This document shows, piece by piece, positions 17,334 to 31,704 of a stretch of DNA of 64,000 nt (position 1 is its first letter; each line of letters starts with the position of its first letter). The DNA is taken from assembly GCF_009914755.1 (NCBI RefSeq), contig NC_060936.1; one strand, 5' to 3'. This DNA is from the human T2T-CHM13v2.0 reference genome, Homo sapiens. Position numbers and translations under genes: made by a program. The notes under the pieces were generated by a model. It was not told where the DNA came from. It was given only the letters and a program-made list of their open reading frames with translations, and did not search any database.

Positions 17334-17520
17334 AAGTAAACAGGAGTAGCTTATTTATTTATATAAAAAATGATCTTGAATCGATAAAGAGTCAATTTTA
17401 TCTTTACTCATCAGGATGCAACACTGTGATTTCTCCACACTGATCAATTAGCTCAAAAGTGCTATTCATTTTCTGAGCTCACAGAAAGTATATTTTGAAG
17501 ATTCAGGCTCCTCAGGGACC

Positions 17521-17576
17521 ACCCATACAAAACACATACAAAACAAATTGTATAACTGATGAAACATACATTTATT
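17521..17576 (-). terminator. Distal poly(A) signal AATAAA (17571-17576) with GU-rich downstream element
   Basis: Minus strand: AATAAA, ~22 nt, then tttgttttgtatgtgttttgtatggg. Confidence 0.7.
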
Positions 17577-17929
17577 TTTTCCAATCAAGTCTTAAAAGTT
17601 TGATGAAAGCGCATTATTGTTACCAAAAGTCTTCAGGCAATAACAGAGATAAAACTTAACACAGACAAACAATGATTTTATTCCATAGTCTCTTGGACTT
17701 GAGAATCCATTTGAGTTTCAGAAAGAATACTAAATTAATGGGGGTTATGTCAGGATGCCAATGTCCATGCTGAGGCTTCTCCTGATACAATCTTTTGCAA
17801 CATAACCAACAAAGATCAGGAGCTTAAAACAAAACAAAACAAAAACAAACAAAAAACAAGTTCATGTTATTTCTACAATGTCCAAAAAGAAAGACCAAGA
17901 TCTTTGCTTAAAAATAGAAATGCATACTG

Positions 17930-18110
17930 CAGTGGCTCAAAAACTTAGGCCTGCATCAAAATTACATGAAGCGCTTGTTAAAACAGATTGAGCCCCATCT
18001 GCAAAGTTTGTGACTCAAGTGTTGGGTGGGGCCAAATAATTTGTATTTCTAACAGGTTTCTAAGTGAAGTCAATGCTACTGGTGTCAGAAACACACTTTA
18101 AGAACCACTG
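17930..18110. mobile_element. MER5A-like hAT MITE in the 3' UTR
   Basis: CAGTGG...CACACTTTAAGAACCACTG termini. Confidence 0.75.
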
Positions 18111-18324
18111 GCAAAACATTTAATAAGACAATTCCATGATAAAAGTATATCATAACATAAAACCACAAAACTTTGGACTCAAAGACTAGCTTTGTGATAC
18201 AATGTCACCTTACCAATCTGTACACTCCACAAGTTTTTAAAAATTAAACAATATATAAAGCACCTAACACAGCCTGGCACATACGGCTACTGAATTACTA
18301 ATGAATGTTATTATGCTATCATAA

Positions 18325-18626
<302 letters not shown>

Positions 18627-18800
18627 AGGCATATTGGTTTTAAAAGGGTTACAAGAAACAAGATGCACTTTTAGGCCTCCTATAATCCTGCATTTCCAAA
18701 GCATCCATTTAGTCATCTCATCAAAATTTTCATTGATTTAAATAAGTTAATATGAACAGACTGACATAATTTTACTTTAATGATGTTGTTTATTGTCCTA

Positions 18801-18942
18801 AGCCATCCATACACAAAACGTTTAATGTGTTATGGAAGGCTAACAGTTTTTCAGCTTTTCTCAATACTTTCAGCCATCCATACATAAAATGTTTAATGTG
18901 TTATGGAAGGCTAACAGTTTTTCAACTTTTCTCAATACTATC
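18801..18942. repeat. 71-bp tandem duplication (2 copies, 4 mismatches)
   Basis: 18801-18871 vs 18872-18942 aligned by eye. Confidence 0.95.
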
Positions 18943-21900
18943 AGATGAATGTATTCTTACCAATCATGATTTACGTTTTTCAAATGTGGATTTCTTAGGC
19001 CTTTGACTGATAGCTTTAGGCTTTTGCACTACACAAAGAAAAAGACACCTTTCTATTCATTTCTTAATAATTTGTTTCCATAAAGCTAAAATGTCCACTG
19101 ATGACATAATCTACCTTTGGTTAATCACAGCAAATAGTTCACATTTTAAAGGAATGCAGATATTTGGATAGAAGCCTCTAACAATGTAAATATTGTGCAT
19201 TTCAAGTTCCATAGTGTGTCTAACCAGGGATAGCAACTGATTATATGTGGATTAACAATAGTGAATAACTGAGCACATATTAACATGAATAACATACACA
19301 GCAGTCAAAACTTACTGTTTTTCATATGTGTAAAGTAAAAATTCAATCTATCTTTAACCGGCTCATACTGTTTTCATGTTGTTCAACTATTTGACACAAA
19401 AGGAGCTTTTTCCTTTCTTTAAAAGGATTTTGATTCAGTCATAACAGATTTTTGAAAGTGACAGTAAAATTATGCATTTGGTCCAGGATTAAGAGGGAAG
19501 TTTTGCTTGCTAGTGTCTATCTGGTTAGACATCAGAATAAAATGAATGGACTGTAAAGGATCTTATAACCAGTCTCTCTCTTTAATATGAAGGCCCAACA
19601 TTACATAATTCTTTTTAAGAGTTGACCAGGAATGAAATGTAACCTCTTTTAAAGATGAAGAAAAACTGAAAAAATGAGATTAAGAAAATATGTGGGTAGT
19701 TTACAGCTGCTGATAGAATTGTGTGCACGCGTGCATGCATGCATAAACACAAAGTGAATCTAGAAGGGAAAAAATTGAGTTTGATGAAGTCTAAGATGAA
19801 AGGTTCCATTTCATGTAAGATTATGTGACCTTGGAAAAATTTACTGGCTTGCTAGTGGAATACGTCCTTATATAGGGACTTGAAGAGTTTATCTAAATAG
19901 ACTGACTTAAGGATGCTTTTCCTCTTGTTAGACTTGTATGACATTACTGAGAAGATTTAGAGTTCTAGAAGTAGAGAAGACTGATTAGCTTGTGCCTGTG
20001 TATGAAGAATGACAAATTAAGACAAAAGGTTATGTAAACCATTTACTAAAAAAGTCTAAATTTTTATATTCCTAGGCCCCTACTTATCTTTTACAAACTT
20101 TGAAGGACCTGAAATTCTTTGGACACCATCAGATTTAGTTTATAAGAGTTCTGATTTTGAATCAAGAAATTATTCATGTAGTTTTAAAACACAATTAAAA
20201 TTTTCAGTCAGGCTGAACTTTTGTGCACTTCCTCATTTATTCGAGAAACCCCACCACTAATGTATTTAGACCTTAATATGATGGCTTTGAGTCTTAAATC
20301 ATTGTCCACCTAAAATAATATACCAAATAAAGATTTTTAAAGTGCTGCATATGGTTTCTGTAAGAGGTACATAATTAGATTACCAGCATTATCCTTTAGC
20401 TTCAAAAGTAAAACTCATAGTCAGGATTTTACTGATAGTACAGGAAGAAAAAAAATAACCACTGTTGAAAAATAAATGAAAAAAATTTTATTGAGTATTA
20501 CTTTATACATGCAAATTGAAAGTGAATCTATATTAAGTTGACTATTCCACAATAAAAACCTATGAAATGGGAATGATCAAAGCTAACACAATACTAATGT
20601 GTTCAATAAATTATCCAGATGTTTTTCCACAAATATTTGGATTACCTGAATTAGCTGATTCTTCAGCAAAAGTTAAATTTTAGCTTTAATATGGTAGCAG
20701 CAGGATGCTACTTAAATTTAGAAGAAAAACATAAGAATAAAAACCCTGAATAGCATAGCCAAATCTTCCAAGAAATAAGTTCACCAAAAAAGTAGCATAC
20801 ACCTATTTGGTATCCAGAGGAGGAAACAAAACACAGGCACTTAATCAACATCCACCAAGTGATCATCACTAACATTCTATTATTACCAGAGTAACTGTCG
20901 ATATGTGAACTGTAGATTAGAACAGACTTACATATCTAAAAACAAACCAGTAATCAATAATATATACAGAAATACTAACTTGAAGTCACATTTAAATACC
21001 ATCAACAGTTTGGTGTATCTGATATAACTGAATTCATTTCATCACTGCTATAAATTCCTTAAAAGTGTTCTTTTCCTAATTAACATTATCTTTAAAAAAT
21101 GGTAGATATTTCCCAGTATGCATCAGTTTTTTCACTCCACCATTCAGTAAATGTTGTAGCAAATTAAATAGAACCTATTAACTAGATCTAAAAACAGTGG
21201 CTGAATACTTAACACAAAGAAGTACTTTTGAGTAAACTATTCAGATTAGACAGGCTAATGCTAAGACTGCATTTTGTGCTACTGACATGCACTATATAGA
21301 TCGTACACTACTAGATGGAAAGTTGGTCCATGTCCATTTATTTAAAGATTCTGTAACACCTGTAATAGTATTTAATACAGCTCCCACATACTATATTCCT
21401 CTCACATAGACATAGTTATTTTTAGTGGGGATAAGGATATGACTTTAACATGCTATGAGATTCTAGCTAAGTAAAATAAAAACAATATGGACTCAGATTT
21501 TCTTAGGAGATATTAGTTCAAGTTTTTAAACTGGGAAACAATCAACTTCCATATATCCAGGAGAAACTTAGCATGGGGGGAGGTGCCTTAGTTGATGTGC
21601 CTGATAAGCAAACTGTTAGTTGTCTATTAGTATTATGTTTTCGGCTTAATGTAACAACAAAAGAAAGTTGTCACACTACCTCTCAGATAATATCAATTAC
21701 AATCTTAGAGACTGTAATTGGGAATACAATCCTATAACAAGTTATTAACAATATCATGAATAGTTATTAAGTAAGTGCCAGCACTACATGCAACTTACTG
21801 GTCACCAACTCAGAACCCATAAAACTATACACATATGCACAAAAAAAAAACTCCAAAGAAAGATACCTATCACTGTACATATGAATACTGTCCAGGATAT

Positions 21901-22475
21901 CAGATCAATTATCAAATCCAAGGTCTCTGCTGTTTTGTCTTACAGTGTTGAATATATGAATGCTTCTCTATTACACTGACTTGTACTATTTTCAAGAAAT
22001 TAAGTGGATTCAAAATCTTACATTTTTATTTCTAATTATAAAATCCAGATTAATCCAAAAAACACAAACCACATGTAACCGAGGTAGGTTTTTCACCTTA
22101 AGAATACATTGCTTCTACCACAATTAAAAATTTTTTAAACTGAAGAAAAAAAAAAACTACATTGCTCCACATACCTGATACTTAATTTTCTATGTTTGAA
22201 ACTACTTGAACAAGTGTGACAGTGCTAATCTACTATATTTAGTAAATCCCTTAGTACCTATAAATACACACCCAAAAGCCCTTCCCTCCTTCTCTAATGG
22301 TAACTGTTGTATAATAAAATTGTCAACAACTCTAGAAAGATGAAATAAAGATTACTATAGCAATCTTCAATTAATTCATTTCAGAAATCAAGGAGGCAAG
22401 TCATGTTCATTTTAAAGATGACAAACTTACTATTTTGAAAATGAGCTCATAAATACATTAGAACTTTGAATGTGC

Positions 22476-22560
22476 TTTATTATGCCACAAATTCCCAGGA
22501 GATTTAAGAAATAGTATTTCTGAACAGGAATAATAATTTCACAAATACTAACACTTTATT
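22476..22560 (-). terminator. Two candidate intermediate poly(A) signals (22555-22560, 22476-22481)
   Basis: AATAAA hexamers on the minus strand; usage unverified. Confidence 0.4.
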
Positions 22561-22866
22561 GACAATAGACAAGTCTTTTAGGGTAGTGCACATGTACTTA
22601 AAAACTACCTTCTACCAATCTCAACACTTTTTATAAATTTTCAGGTGAAACTGTAGCAGATCCTACTTTATTTTTCAATGGTTAGTGTAAAATTCTGTAT
22701 GTAAAATAAGTACATATTTTGAGATGGAAGAAGGACTGCATGTGAAATGCTTTGCCTAAGTTGTAAGGCTCCTGTCTTTACGCTATCATTAAAGGCCAAA
22801 AAAATCACTGCTAGAAATGTTCCCCAAAAAATTCTTAAACAGCTCAGTCTTTAAAAGTATTAATAA

Positions 22867-23216
<350 letters not shown>

Positions 23217-24656
23217 TTACATATGAATTAAATAGAAAATTCAAAGTAATTCTTTTAATAAAAACCCATATACTAATATATTTTAAGGTTGGATACTAAC
23301 AGCATTTTCACAAGATCCAAAGTGTGGATGACGAACTAGGCAATAAGGACATGTGTGCCACATAACTAAGGGTAACTAAAGGAAGATGAGTACCTCACAA
23401 CCAAAAGCAGTTAACTATGCCTGGCATACCACCCTGTCATGTGGGCAGATCACTGTTCCCATGCTGGGTAAGAGTCTCCAAGAAGGGAAGCCCTTATGCA
23501 GTAATTCTGTAACTATATTAAATTTGGTAATCTAACATTAAACTTTTTCGTGAGCAGTGAATATACACATGGTCATATGAAAACTGCCCTGGAGACCGGG
23601 TTAATTATTAAATAAACTAAAAGGGGAGAAATGCTGATAGATAAAATTATGTCAATTCCAGGGTGTTCAATGGAATAAAGAAACAGCAGCAGCTGCTTCA
23701 AAAGTAGACTATGATCAGAAACCTCAGATGGTAACCTTTAAAAATTGTGGAATCCAGAGTCTCAACCTAAACCTACATAGGAGCTACAGCCAGGGAGTTC
23801 TTTCTAAGTTCCTCAAGTGATTCTGATGATTGGCCAAGCTGGAAACTTCTGAACTGGGGGAGAAAGCCAACCTAGGTAAATGTAGAGACTTTTAGAATTC
23901 AACATTTGATTATCATTTACTCCACATTTTCCCCCAGCTGTCTCACCTTCTCTATTTTTCTAACAGTGAACAATAAAAGGGCTTGGCAAGTGAAGGAAAA
24001 AGTCAGTAGAGTACCTAAAATGGATTTGACTATATTCAAGCCACTTTCATATATTAACTAGATAAAAGGATACCATACTGCTATTTGAAATTCAATCACA
24101 AAGCAAAAATGTCATAATTTTAATGTATTTTAAGGGAAGACGGGGTTCTTAACATGAATATGTAATACAAAAACAATTCTAAATAATAATATTTAATAGA
24201 AGAAAAAATCTGTATAATTATTTAGAAGTAACTCTGTTTTTAAAATTTCAATGTTAGGAAGAAAATCCCTTAAATTTGAAATAGCGGAATATTCTCTCAT
24301 ATGAAAAAACTGTGTCCCAGTGTTATTCTTCAACTTAGAAATTAGGCAAAGTATTTTAGTACTATTTCTGCTTACATATTGTTTTGTATGAATGTTTTAA
24401 GTATGAATAATATTTTGGTTTTTAGTGTGCATGCTAATATAAAAATATGGATTTTTTTCTCCTACACTGACTTTGTACACTTTCCAGGCCCGAAGAATAA
24501 AAAACTTTTAAAATATCCTGTGTTCACTAGCAAACCTTGGAACGATAAAAAAAGGTAGTACCTACATAAGAAATTTTACATTGAAATTACAATTGTATGT
24601 TTTTCAGGAGTTAAAGTGATTCAATTTTTCAATATTCAAACACAAAATAGTAAATT

Positions 24657-24662
24657 TTTATT
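24657..24662 (-). terminator. Proximal poly(A) signal AATAAA
   Basis: tttatt on + strand, ~615 nt after the stop, U/GU-rich sequence downstream. Confidence 0.6.
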
Positions 24663-25276
24663 TACTATAGCACAATTCAAGTATTCTCTTAAATTTATAT
24701 TTAGTCAACTAAAACATGACAGTGACTTTATAAGAGCTTTCCTTTTAAAAGGTTGCTGTTATAAAAAAGTATGACTCTATTACTCTAAATGCTTAGAATA
24801 AGTGGAAAGAACAAATGACAGTAGACAAAAACCTTTATGAGTGAGTCATCAACACATAAAAGGTTGCACACATCAGTAATAGGACATGTGAAGGTAACAT
24901 CCCAAAAGTATTTGAACTCATGTAAACAAAGACTATGTATATTCCTAAGGGAGAAAATGTACTACCAAGATAAAATATATTCAAACGGCTGTGACTTTAA
25001 ACCATGTATTAGTTGAATACCACACAAAACCAAAAAGGCATTATCTATCATTTAATAACTGAAAGATATTACTTATTTGTGAGATAAAAGGATAATGCTT
25101 TTTTAAAACCAATAATGAAAAAGAAGTATTTTGAAAACAAACATCTGTTTGCTAGAAATAAATATACTTGCTTAGTTATTTTAATGTATTGCAGCATAGG
25201 AATATTGTGCTAGCATTGACCATTAACATTCAATCAGTAGTTTAAAATATTTTTTCCACATTGAGTCTTGAATCCT

Positions 25277-25363
25277 CTACCTGGTCAGCTGACCCACAAC
25301 TTTCAAAAGAGTTTTATTTTCCTGCTTTAGCTGTTCATTTTCATCTTCTATGTCATCTAGGTC
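25277..25363 (-). CDS. PAWR: PAWR last exon, coding part: DLDDIEDENEQLKQENKTLLKVVGQLTR* (leucine zipper; stop TAG 25277-25279)
   Basis: Acceptor ttttttcttaag|GAC; heptad L/I repeat continues from exon 6. Confidence 0.97.
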   Translation of the reverse strand, partial: DLDDIEDENEQLKQENKTLLKVVGQLTR

Positions 25364-26239
25364 CTTAAGAAAAAAAAAAGACACTTTAAAAATACTTAAA
25401 AATATTTGAGGAGAGATGAAAACACTTAATACACATTAAAAATAATTCATACAACCAATTAATTTTGAAATGAGGGCAAGCTCTGAAAACAACTTTAGAT
25501 GTAATATGCCCCACCAAAAAAGAGCATCCATTACTTGACTCTTCGTTCTTACAACAAGTGTATAGGCCAACTCTTACAGATCTTTCAGTTTTTCAAAGGA
25601 AGCCGAAAGTCAGAATTTTAAAATTGTGAATCTTCCAATTTTCAATCATCATAAATAAGTTAGTTTTTTAGCTAAACAAACTCCACTTCCCCTCCCTAAA
25701 ACTGAGGCAAAAAAAAAAACTACCCATGCAAGCCATATATGGTATTGAGCCCTAGGTTGCAACCTTGTGTCAAATTAGTCATCAAAAGGTGCAGGTACAA
25801 GTTCTAGATGCACTCCTACCACTGTCTGATCTTTAAAGGTGTACAATGGGGATAACACTCTGGAGAGGTGACAAAACTGAGGCCTACGGAAAAGGGGATC
25901 TGGAGTATCTTGATCTGGATCAATTTTGTTTTCAGCTCCAGATCAATTTGTATGTTGGACTTTTCTACGACATTTTGAAGGAAAGGTTTTAGAGCTAAAA
26001 TTAATTCAAAGCCACTAAATTAAGTATTCGCTCTCCAGCTTTAAAAGCATATGATCCAGCTCTTTTTTCCCTGTATTAATCCTTGTCCCAAACACACAAC
26101 CATCTGGTTAAAACAAATTCACCATAAGTTTTAGTTACAAGAAACATTATTTCAAGACAGACTCTTTACTGTTAAAAAAGCAGACATTTATAGATTTATT
26201 CTTGCAGTTTAAAATAATAAATCTTGATGTAATCAATTT

Positions 26240-26354
26240 GAATCACTTGAACCCGGGGGGTGGAGGTTGCAGTGAGCTGAGATCGCGCCACTGAACTCCA
26301 GCCTGGGCAACAGAGAGAGACTCCTTCTCAAAAAATAATAATAATAATAATAAA
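26240..26354 (+). mobile_element. Alu right-arm fragment with (TAA)n tail, intron 6
   Basis: GAATCACTTGAACCCGGG...CTCAAAAAATAATA. Confidence 0.9.
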
Positions 26355-26372
26355 GAGTACCAATTTTAGGGT

Positions 26373-26673
26373 TTTTTTTTTTTTTTTTTGAGACAGAGTC
26401 TTACTCTTGCTGCCCAGGCTGGAGTGCAGCAGCGCAATCTTGGCTCACTGCAACCTCCGCCTCCTGGGATCAAGCAATTCTCCTGCCTCAACCTTCTGAG
26501 TAGCTGAGATTACAGGTGCCCACCACCATGCCCAGCTAATTTTTCATATTTTTAGTAGAGTCGGGGTTTTACCATGTTGGCCAGGCTGGTCTCGAACTCC
26601 TGACTTCACGTGATCCGCCCTCCTCGGCCTCCCAAAGTGCTGAGATTACAGGTGTGAGCCACAGCGCCTGGCC
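26373..26673 (-). mobile_element. Alu, intron 6
   Basis: Full-length; TSD-like AATTTTAG. Confidence 0.95.
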
Positions 26674-26998
26674 AATTTTAGATATTTCTTGAGGCAACTC
26701 TGTGCCAGTGCCCTTACATATGGTAGTGACAAAGCGCCTGTCACCCTCAGATTTTAACAAAACAGAGAACAAATCCATAAATCAGTCTATCTCCAAAAGA
26801 ATAAAATTAAGTGAGCTAAACTGATAACTGCCCAAAGGAAATCAGTTTTTGGAAGAAAATGATACCTCTTACTAATTATTATTTCACTAACAAAAGAACA
26901 AAGTGAATAATGCAATTAATAATTTCTTCATATTTATATATTTTCATCCAATTGCCAAAAAAAACCCCTCCAAACCTGAAATATGGTGAAATACTTAC

Positions 26999-27103
26999 TC
27001 TATTTAATAAATCAATTTCTTCTTTGAGTTTTCCAATCATTTCCTCTTTATCTTGCATCAGTCTCACAAGTCTTAGGTTTTCTTGTCTTTCTCTTACTAC
27101 TTC
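26999..27103 (-). CDS. PAWR: PAWR coding exon 6 (105 nt, phase 0-0): EVVRERQENLRLVRLMQDKEEMIGKLKEEIDLLNR; coiled coil and start of leucine zipper
   Basis: Acceptor ctaccag|GAA, donor AGA|gtaagt; overlaps ORF 26879..27067. Confidence 0.97.
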
Positions 27104-27344
27104 CTGGTAGATACAATTAAAAACCAGTAATTAGGAAGTAATTGTTTATTTATAATCTTCCTAAGTGGCATATATCTCCCCAATTTGGTAAAATATCTTA
27201 CATACATGAAGATTTCCAATGAATCCCTTAAGACATTTGGTGAAGGAACAAAGATCCCACCACAAAAGGAATCAGAGAATGCACAGGAGATATTAGGATG
27301 CTCCTGAGTAAAGCTATGTTTATACAAGTCTTTAACAAAACTAA

Positions 27345-27693
<349 letters not shown>

Positions 27694-28235
27694 TAACTTA
27701 TTTAGCTTATCACCACTATAAGTTATGAACTACCTTATTTTTTAATGGGTATCTTGTTTGAAATAATTCAAAATTAATTTTTCTTAAAAATACAAAGTTT
27801 AAAGGAGATGGCCCAATAGAAACTCTAAACAGAAAAACAATGGTCCTCAGTTTTACTTCTGGCTCTGCCAGTTAACTGATAATGGATAAAAAGAAGGAAC
27901 TAAAATAGATTACTGATTTTTAATTTTTTTTTTCTTTAAACAATGCAACATCTTTTTCAAAGACATCTTATTTAGAATCCAGGGCACTGGGCTTGGTCAG
28001 CCACCTTGGGGGCAAAAGGGAAGCAGAGCTCAAAAGGCCTTGCCCAGAACTTGGCTTCTTTCTTACTAAACCTCCTACAGAGCAATCAACCATCCATATC
28101 CCTTAGCTGCTGCCAACTACTAGCAATTCAATCCAAACTCTTGTGGAACTCACGAAGCCTTTCTGGGCAACTATCTTCAAAACTATTAGATTACATATTG
28201 TCTAAACTTTTTAATTTAAAATTATGAAATAATAG

Positions 28236-28553
<318 letters not shown>

Positions 28554-29180
28554 ACTATGAAATAATAATTCCAAGAAGAAACTGTTGTTAAAGCTTAGAA
28601 ATGTGACCTCAAAAAATCATAAATGTTATAAAATAGAAACAAGTTTTAAAAATGAAATTTCTTTACATAACATATATAAATTAGATCTTTAATAATATAG
28701 AGAATAATCTCAAGTAAAACAAAACACATTTTCAACAATTACAAAAGTATTCAACACCATTGCTAATTTTAGGGGTTGAATGTCTATGGCACAAACCTGA
28801 GACCCTATGGTTAATAAATTTATGCCAAGAGTCATCTGACTTGCACTGAAAGACACTTTTAAACAGGCATATTCTTAGACAAAATTGTTTCAAACACCAA
28901 AGATGGACCTAACTCAGATTTACTCCTGTAATTTGTAAAGTTACAAATGAAAATCTATTCAGACAATATAATAAATACACAGTAGTATATATTTGCCAGC
29001 TCAGACTTCTAACCACTTCAAAAACAAGGGCTTTTAATATACTAAAGGTAACAGTTGGCAGAAAAGCGCACATATTAAATATTAAGGAATATTATTTCCT
29101 TTCTCACTCAGTTGCTATGAAACAAAAGAATTCTAATGGTATATTAATTTTATCAATCTTAAATAACTTATAATCCATAC

Positions 29181-29328
29181 CTTTTCAAGATCTTCAATTT
29201 TCTTTTCCAGTGTGCTACTTGAAACCAGAGTACCTGAAACATTTGCATCCCTGTTATATCTAGGGAACCCACTTCTATCTGTTCGAGAATATCTACTTGA
29301 GACATCTTCTTCAGAGACACTGGTTGTG
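29181..29328 (-). CDS. PAWR: PAWR coding exon 5 (148 nt, phase 2-0): (S)TTSVSEEDVSSRYSRTDRSGFPRYNRDANVSGTLVSSSTLEKKIEDLEK
   Basis: Acceptor tttccacag|C, donor AAG|gtatgg; open frame consistent with neighbours. Confidence 0.97.
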
Positions 29329-29727
29329 CTGTGGAAATATAAACATTTTATTAAAATCCCTAGTATTCAGCAAGAAAAATGCCAAGAATATTTTCTATTG
29401 AGCTTAAAAAAATTAACATTCCCCAAGGACATATGGTTATAGTAGCAACTTATTTGTAACTGTAGAAGTTAATCATTATTCCCACACAATGAAAAAAATG
29501 TAAAAGTACCATTAATTCTTTCGACCAATATCTACTGAATAGGTGTTAAGTAACGAACACTGTTCTGGATACTGAAGACGTAACAGCAAACACAAACATG
29601 GACTCTGCCCTTCATAGAGCTTTTGGTTAAAAGGGAATATAACTAATAATAAAGCAAGATGATCAGTAAAATAAGGTCAGTGATGGATACTATGAGAACT
29701 ACGATAGGACAGATCTCCCAGATTATC

Positions 29728-30056
<329 letters not shown>

Positions 30057-30450
30057 TGAAAAACCACTTTCCTTCTTCAAAATTACAATCTTTCATGGAC
30101 CAACACTTTTAAAAAGTAAAATTAAAATGAACTGCTGGAAAAATAAAAGTTAAAAAGGTCATACAAAATACAAGTCCAAATGTTTTATTAGATTCAGACC
30201 CATAAAATTATAAATAGAAAAAAAGAAAAGAGTTACATCAGTGGCAAATTCTCCACTATAAGTATGCATACAGGCAATCAATACAGAAAATTGCTACCAT
30301 ATTGATAATTTTGTTATGCCATAATTCTAACTTAATCAAAAGTTGTAAGTAAAACAGCAATTCCTTAAACACCAGTTCATACCCTCTGAACAGCACATAT
30401 GTCAGTATTTAAAGTTTTTAATGTAACAAATGAGTTTGCTTCTTGTTTCC

Positions 30451-30929
30451 TGTATTATTCTATTAAAAATTACCCCCAAACTTACACACAATTCTTATCT
30501 CAAAGTTTCCGTTGGTCAGGAATTTAGAAGCAGCTTAGGTGGGTGATTATGATTCGGGGCTTCTCATGAGTTTTTAATCAAGATGTTGGTTGGGGCTTCA
30601 GTCATCTGAAGGCTTAACTGGGCTGGAGAATCTGCTTCTAGGCTCACTCACATGACTGATGACAACAGCCTCAGTTCCTCACTATGTTGGCCTCTCCACT
30701 GGCCTGTTCACCACATGGCAGCTGGCTTCCAGAGACAAACTGACAGAGCAACTGAGACAGAAGCTGCAGTGTCGGTCATAACGCAACCTCAAAAGTGACA
30801 TACTATCACACTGACCTTATTCTATTGTTCACACATATCAACTTGGTATGTTGTGTGAGAGGATTATACACAGTGCAAACATCAGGAGGTAGGGTTCACT
30901 GGGGGCTATCTTGAAAGCCAGTTACTACA
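30451..30929 (-). mobile_element. MLT1 (MLT1H-like) MaLR LTR nested in the hAT fossil
   Basis: GGTCAGGAATTTAG...GTCATCTGAAGGCTTAACTGGGCTGG...GGCAGCTGGCTTCC motifs. Confidence 0.8.
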
Positions 30930-31475
30930 TTTGTTAATCTAGGTTGGACCGAGGACAATGCTACTCAACAAGGGATAATGTATATCTAAACTATTTCTGT
31001 GTTTTGTTTTAATAGCAATCAGAGAAAACAGTCTCAAAGGACAGAAATAGCAGTGATTTTAATGCAATTTCAACAAGCTCGGACATTCATTTTTAAAAAC
31101 TTTTGTCAAAAATGTAGAAAATTTGCTTTTCAAAATTTGTTTTCAATCCTTCACTGACTGGTATCCATTTCCAATAATTTATCCAGCAAATTTACAGTTA
31201 AATCGAAAGTGACTTCTCGTTTTAAAAATTGATTCCTCATCTATGAATTTCTTACCTATGAATTTTCTTGTGATAGAAAATAAAAGTGTCCTATCAAATT
31301 TGTAAGGTATTTGATTGTAACCTTTTCAAATGTGCAATACCAAGATCACCATCTACTTTACTGATAGTTGTTACTATATCGTAGAACCCTTTATAACCAG
31401 CTAAGGTAACTTTCTCCTCAAAAATCCAACTTTCATTTTTGTCACCTGATCTTATCTGCCATTGAAAAGCCTTCT

Positions 31476-31704
31476 GGCTCACTGCAACCTCCGCCTCCTG
31501 GGTTCAAGCGATCCTCCTGCCTCAGCCTCCTGAGTAGCTGGGATTACAGGCGCCTGCCACCATGCCCGGCTAATTTTTGTATTTTTAGTAGAGACAGGGT
31601 TTCACCATGTTGGCCAGGCTGGCCTTGAGCTCCTGACCTCGTGATCCACCTGCCCCGGCCTCCCAAAGTGCAGGGATTACAGGCATGAGCCACTGCGCCC
31701 GGCC
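31476..31704 (-). mobile_element. 3'-truncated, tail-less Alu
   Basis: Intact 5' end at 31704; stops at CAGTGAGCCA with no poly(A). Confidence 0.9.

Noticed and set aside
29212-29442. Plus-strand ORFs opposite exon 5 (and 26910..27110 opposite exon 6) as antisense genes
   Set aside because: Short shadow frames of coding exons; no promoter or splice support
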